NCBI GenBank assembly: GCA_019057475.1
Contig: DXJO01000039.1
Location: forward strand, 38,640 to 102,639
Origin: Candidatus Thorarchaeota archaeon
Lineage (GTDB): Archaea; Asgardarchaeota; Thorarchaeia; Thorarchaeales; Thorarchaeaceae
DNA length: 64,000 bases
Direction of reading: 5' to 3'
The notes beneath the pieces were generated by a model. The model worked only from the letters and a program-made list of their open reading frames with translations. It was not told where the DNA came from and did no database searches. Of this stretch, positions 60,309 to 64,000 are shown piece by piece (position 1 is the stretch's first letter; every line of letters begins with the position of its first letter). A program made the translations under genes and the position numbers.

Positions 60309-62351
60309 CTATGCGGCCTTGCTACCTGGAGGGACACCCTCGATTGTCACAGGAATCCACCGACCAGGTTCGTCAGCCTTCTCAACAGCCAGAATCATCC
60401 CTTTGCTCTCGATGCCGCCAATCTTTTTCGGCTCGAGATTCGTCAGGAACAACGCAGTCAGACCCTTGAGATCTTCAGGCTTGTACTGGTCCGCTAGTCC
60501 TGTGATAATGACCCGAACCTCAGACCCAAGGTCAACTTTGAGCTCTAACAGCTTCTTTGTCTTAGGCACCTTGGTCGCATCTAGTATTTTCCCCGCGCGT
60601 ATATCCATTCGTTTGAAATCGTCAAACGACACTAGCTCCTCTTCCACTTCCGTTTCACCTCTTTCCGCCGCTTCAGCAGCCTTCACTCTTTTTGAAATTG
60701 ATTCTTTGAGGTCAGCCAACACCTTGTCATCTATCTTTGAGATAACTGGAATCGGCTTGCCCAGCTTGGCACCAACCTTGGGAGGATTCAGAGCCTCTTC
60801 GAGCGGTACCTCATGGATCTTAGAACCTTCAAGCCCCAATTGATTCCAAACCTTCTCAGCCACAGTCGGCATGATTGGTTCAATGAGAACTGCAAGTGCT
60901 TTGGCAATGGCGATGGCATTGTAGAGAACCACACCTGCTTTGTCTTTGTCTGCCTTCACCAACTTCCAAGGTTCATTCGCTTGGAAGTACTCATTACCAA
61001 CAGATGCGAGACGCAAGATAGAATCACTCACCTTCTTGAGCTCGTACTCATTTGTTGCAGAGATGATGGTTTCGATTGTCTTCTCTATCTCCTTCCTCAG
61101 TTTCGGATCGAGCTCTCCTTTCGGGACCTCGCCAAAGTGCTTCTTAGTGAAATGAAGACCCCTGTAGATGAAGTTGCCAAAGGTCGCCACTAGCTCATTA
61201 TTCACCTTGTCTGCCAAGCTCTGCCAAGAGAAATCCAAATCCTTTGTTTGCGAAGTGCTTGACACCATGAAGTAGCGGAGATAATCGGGGTCGAGTCCCT
61301 TGTCTAGATAGTCCTCTCTTATCCAGACGACATAGCCCCTGCTCTTGCTGAAGGTGTGATTTTCTATCTTGAGCATTCCAGACGCCACTATTGCATCGGG
61401 TAAGTTGTAGCCACTGCCCTTCAGCATAGCAGGCCAGAAGATGCAGTGATGATATACGATATCCTGACCGATATAGTGGACGAGGCGGCCGTTTCCTGGC
61501 TTCCAGAATTTCTCCCATTCCTTTGGCTTGCCAATCTTCTTGGACCAAATCTCCGTGCCCGACATGTAGCCGATAGGCGCATCCACCCAAACGTAGAGAG
61601 TTAGACTCTCATCGCCAGGAAACTTGAAACCCCAGTCCAAGTCGCGTGTTATGCACCAATCCCTGAGACCTTCCTTGATCCAGCCTAGAGCGTAGTTCCG
61701 AGCATTCTTAGTGCCATCCACGTTAGTGAGGAAGTCCTTCAGGAAGTCTTCAAACGCACTCAGTTTCAGAAATTGATGTTTTCTGGTGATGGGTCGTGTG
61801 GGATTGTCACAGATTGCGCATCTGGGGTTTAATATCAAGCCGGGTTCGATGTATCTACCGCAGCCTTGATCACACTCATCTCCACGAGCATCTGAACCGC
61901 AGTAGGGGCAAGTTCCTCGCACGAATCGATCTGGTTGAGACCGACCACATGTGTCACAGAATGGCGTTTCGATTTCCTTTTCGTAGATGTGTCCATTCTT
62001 TTGAAGAGTGGTCACAATCTGGTTGGTTCTGTTATGGTTCTCGGGGTTGTCAGTGTGCCCATAGTTATCAAAGAATATGTCAAGCTTGGGGAAAGTGTCA
62101 GCCAGTATCTTGTGATACTTCTGATAGGTTTCCTTAGGAGTCACACCTTCTTCCTCTGCTTTCACAATAACTGGAGTTCCATGTGTATCTGACCCGCAGA
62201 TGAAAACAACCTCGGTCTGCAGTTTCTTCAGAAGTCTAACAAACACATCAGCAGGAACATAAGTGCGAAGATGACCTATGTGCATCTCCCCGCTGGCATA
62301 TGGCAGGCCACATGTTACCAGAACGGGTTCTTTGCTTGGATACTTATTCAT
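60309..62351 (-). CDS. metG: Methionyl-tRNA synthetase with C-terminal tRNA-binding domain
   Basis: LPYASG.MHIGH, Zn knuckles, YVWVDAPIGY, FSKSRG, C-terminal OB (DIRAGKI..ESKGMIL). Confidence 0.97.
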   Translation of the reverse strand: MNKYPSKEPVLVTCGLPYASGEMHIGHLRTYVPADVFVRLLKKLQTEVVFICGSDTHGTPVIVKAEEEGVTPKETYQKYHKILADTFPKLDIFFDNYGHTDNPENHNRTNQIVTTLQKNGHIYEKEIETPFCDTCGRSQPDRFVRGTCPYCGSDARGDECDQGCGRYIEPGLILNPRCAICDNPTRPITRKHQFLKLSAFEDFLKDFLTNVDGTKNARNYALGWIKEGLRDWCITRDLDWGFKFPGDESLTLYVWVDAPIGYMSGTEIWSKKIGKPKEWEKFWKPGNGRLVHYIGQDIVYHHCIFWPAMLKGSGYNLPDAIVASGMLKIENHTFSKSRGYVVWIREDYLDKGLDPDYLRYFMVSSTSQTKDLDFSWQSLADKVNNELVATFGNFIYRGLHFTKKHFGEVPKGELDPKLRKEIEKTIETIISATNEYELKKVSDSILRLASVGNEYFQANEPWKLVKADKDKAGVVLYNAIAIAKALAVLIEPIMPTVAEKVWNQLGLEGSKIHEVPLEEALNPPKVGAKLGKPIPVISKIDDKVLADLKESISKRVKAAEAAERGETEVEEELVSFDDFKRMDIRAGKILDATKVPKTKKLLELKVDLGSEVRVIITGLADQYKPEDLKGLTALFLTNLEPKKIGGIESKGMILAVEKADEPGRWIPVTIEGVPPGSKAA

Positions 62352-62663
62352 CGTTTGTCACACTCCTGGTCCACAGCAGGCAGTCAACTCACCTAGATAA
62401 CGCTTGAGAATTGTGCTAAATGAATCACGGGCGTACGCCCAGTCGGCGGCACATCTTACCACCTCTCTTGGAACACGTGTTCTAGTGATTATCTCTGTGA
62501 GCTTTTTTCCCGCCTGAATCTGTAGACTGCAGGTAACGCACGACAGAGGGATATAACTCTAGCGCTATTTCCTAGCGGCCCTTCGTGAGGCCCAACAACT
62601 TAAGCAGATGAATCTGCTAGCTGAAGCCCTCCACTATACACAACACATTTTGAATCAAAGTCG

Positions 62664-62867
62664 TCACTTAGGCGGATTATGCAGAAGGAGCCATCCAGCG
62701 CCAATGACCACTAGCACAAGACCTGCTACAATGGCTATGAGATCAATCAGATTCAACTGACCTTCTAGAAACCAAAACAACCCGCCATAGCAAAGGAAAA
62801 CAGCGCCAATACCCAGGAAGTACTTGGCAAGTTCACGCCTTCTGGATGTTGTTTTAGCGACATGCAT
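62664..62867 (-). CDS. Small two-TM membrane protein
   Basis: GAGGG SD before ATG 62867; two hydrophobic helices. Confidence 0.55.
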   Translation of the reverse strand: MHVAKTTSRRRELAKYFLGIGAVFLCYGGLFWFLEGQLNLIDLIAIVAGLVLVVIGAGWLLLHNPPK

Positions 62868-62982
62868 TTGAGTCCCTCGTGTGATGGTGCTGTGTCGCAC
62901 ATTTTAGTATTCCGTGAGAGCGACGAGCCAGCCGCCTGGACTTCGAATCATGATAATGGATTGATGACAGCAGAACTGTTGA

Positions 62983-63020
62983 AAAGGTGTGAGGGCGGGA
63001 ATTGAGCGTTCCGCCCCCAC
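62983..63020 (-). terminator. GC-rich hairpin followed by T-run
   Basis: Minus strand GGGCGGAA-CGCTCAA-TTCCCGCCC then CACACCTTTT. Confidence 0.4.
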
Positions 63021-63099
63021 GGTTTCTCTATCTCTTTTGCCGGGAGTGCACAGGAGACAGCGAATGTAGACCTCATGTAAAATGAGGATCGTAATGCAT

Positions 63100-63255
63100 C
63101 TACGAACTCGCGTAAAGATAACGCAGGCTCATGGCGTCCGAGTCGGTAGGCTCGCGATCGCTATCAAGCAGTCCGTAAAGCGTGTGAAGAACTTCCGCAT
63201 TCTTCTGGAGGGTTGAGGTCGGTCGAGTTTGAGTGGTCATCATTCGTGTCTCCAT
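63100..63255 (-). CDS. Small hypothetical protein (51 aa)
   Basis: METRMMTTQ...LRYLYASS; TTAAA box and AGGTGAG SD upstream. Confidence 0.45.
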   Translation of the reverse strand: METRMMTTQTRPTSTLQKNAEVLHTLYGLLDSDREPTDSDAMSLRYLYASS

Positions 63256-63466
63256 TATTCGCTTTCCATGGTACAACTCACCTTGACTTCCACTGAATTC
63301 CAATTTAAGCCTACGTGTAACTGAAGCACTATTTCCGTGATACCCAGGTAATACAGGGATTATACGTGGAGCATACAGCCTTTGAGCTGAGCTAGGGGAC
63401 GTTTAGGCTCGCACTGTGAGGGGTATCAGAAGTGGTTCCACACGCAAAGAAGGGGAGAGGGGGTCA

Positions 63467-64000
63467 CCGTTGCCCGAAACTTGTACAATCCTGGACATCA
63501 ATATCCTTGACTGATGTTCGGTTCCTGATTCATTGAGGTCTGCTCTGCAGATCCTGCTGAATCTGCGACTAGTCTCACGTCCTCTCCACAGGCGTTTTCT
63601 GTCTCCGTCCAACTGGCGGCGACAAGATTACATGCAGCGTTCAGGTCGCGGTCCATCTCCAACCCGCACTCATTACAGACGTAGACTCTGTCTGATAAGG
63701 CCAGGTATCTCTTGATGTTCCCACAAGCTGAACATCTCTTCGATGACGCGTAGAACCTTGGGGCAACTACAAGCTCAGAACCGTACCACTTACACTTGTA
63801 CTCCAATTGTCTTCTCAACTCGTAAAACCCCACATCAGCAATCACTCGGGACAGGCTCCTGTTCTTCAGCAGCCCTGCGACACACAGGTCCTCAATCACT
63901 ATCTGACTGTGGTTCTTGGCCAGATATGTCGTGATCTTGTGCAGTGTGTCTTGTCGGATGTTGAAGACTCTTAGATGGAGTCTAGCAAGTCCAAGTCTTG
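63467..64000 (-). mobile_element. Right part of IS200/IS605-IS607-type tnpB element including omega/reRNA region
   Basis: tnpB 3' end followed by ...GTACAAGTTTCGGGCAACGG, taken as the probable right end (GG at 63468-63467). Confidence 0.65.
63498..64000 (-). CDS. tnpB: RNA-guided endonuclease TnpB, C-terminal part (5' end outside window)
   Basis: HKITTYLAKN..IVIEDL (RuvC-II), LEYKC, SSKRCSACG..CNECG Zn finger, DRDLNAACNL (RuvC-III). Confidence 0.95.
   Translation of the reverse strand, partial: RLGLARLHLRVFNIRQDTLHKITTYLAKNHSQIVIEDLCVAGLLKNRSLSRVIADVGFYELRRQLEYKCKWYGSELVVAPRFYASSKRCSACGNIKRYLALSDRVYVCNECGLEMDRDLNAACNLVAASWTETENACGEDVRLVADSAGSAEQTSMNQEPNISQGY

Noticed and set aside
353-63934. 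Numerous antisense or alternate-frame ORFs in the track (e.g. 12673-13188, 44840-45337, 60271-60843)
   Set aside because: Shadow ORFs overlapping well-supported genes, Ser/Pro-biased and without motifs
1-64000. tRNA, rRNA or CRISPR array
   Set aside because: No cloverleaf/T-loop context, rRNA-like stretch or regularly spaced repeats seen; GGATTCGAA at ~56222 lies inside a CDS

Overview
Gene-dense archaeal chromosomal window, roughly 48-50% GC by eye. It is most likely from an Asgard archaeon, probably Thorarchaeia. This is inferred from archaeal core genes (mer, Nre, EndoQ, archaea-specific Ski2-like helicase, RecJ/GAN-type DHH, archaeal MetRS, TATA/GGTGA signals) occurring with bacterial-type uvrABC and several eukaryote-like proteins. 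About 68 CDSs cover DNA repair (nre, endoQ, a uvrB-uvrA-uvrA-x-uvrC operon with two tandem full-length uvrA genes), purine salvage, transport and hydrolases. A 3' accessory region (49-64 kb) holds a locally expanded family of membrane-anchored Zn-ribbon proteins, a ~740 bp tandem duplication and the 3' half of a tnpB element. I found no rRNA, tRNA or CRISPR array. The most notable candidates are: (i) an unannotated 36-aa acidic, Trp-periodic micro-protein resembling the DSS1/Sem1 core (30734-30844, -); (ii) a coiled-coil protein with a Vps28-CTD-like C-terminus (21284-21805); (iii) a translationally coupled, divergent UvrA pair; (iv) a PRMT-like methyltransferase; (v) the membrane Zn-ribbon family; (vi) an AT-rich multi-Zn-finger methyltransferase interrupted by an in-frame TAG. 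All homology calls come from motif recognition by eye, not from database searches.
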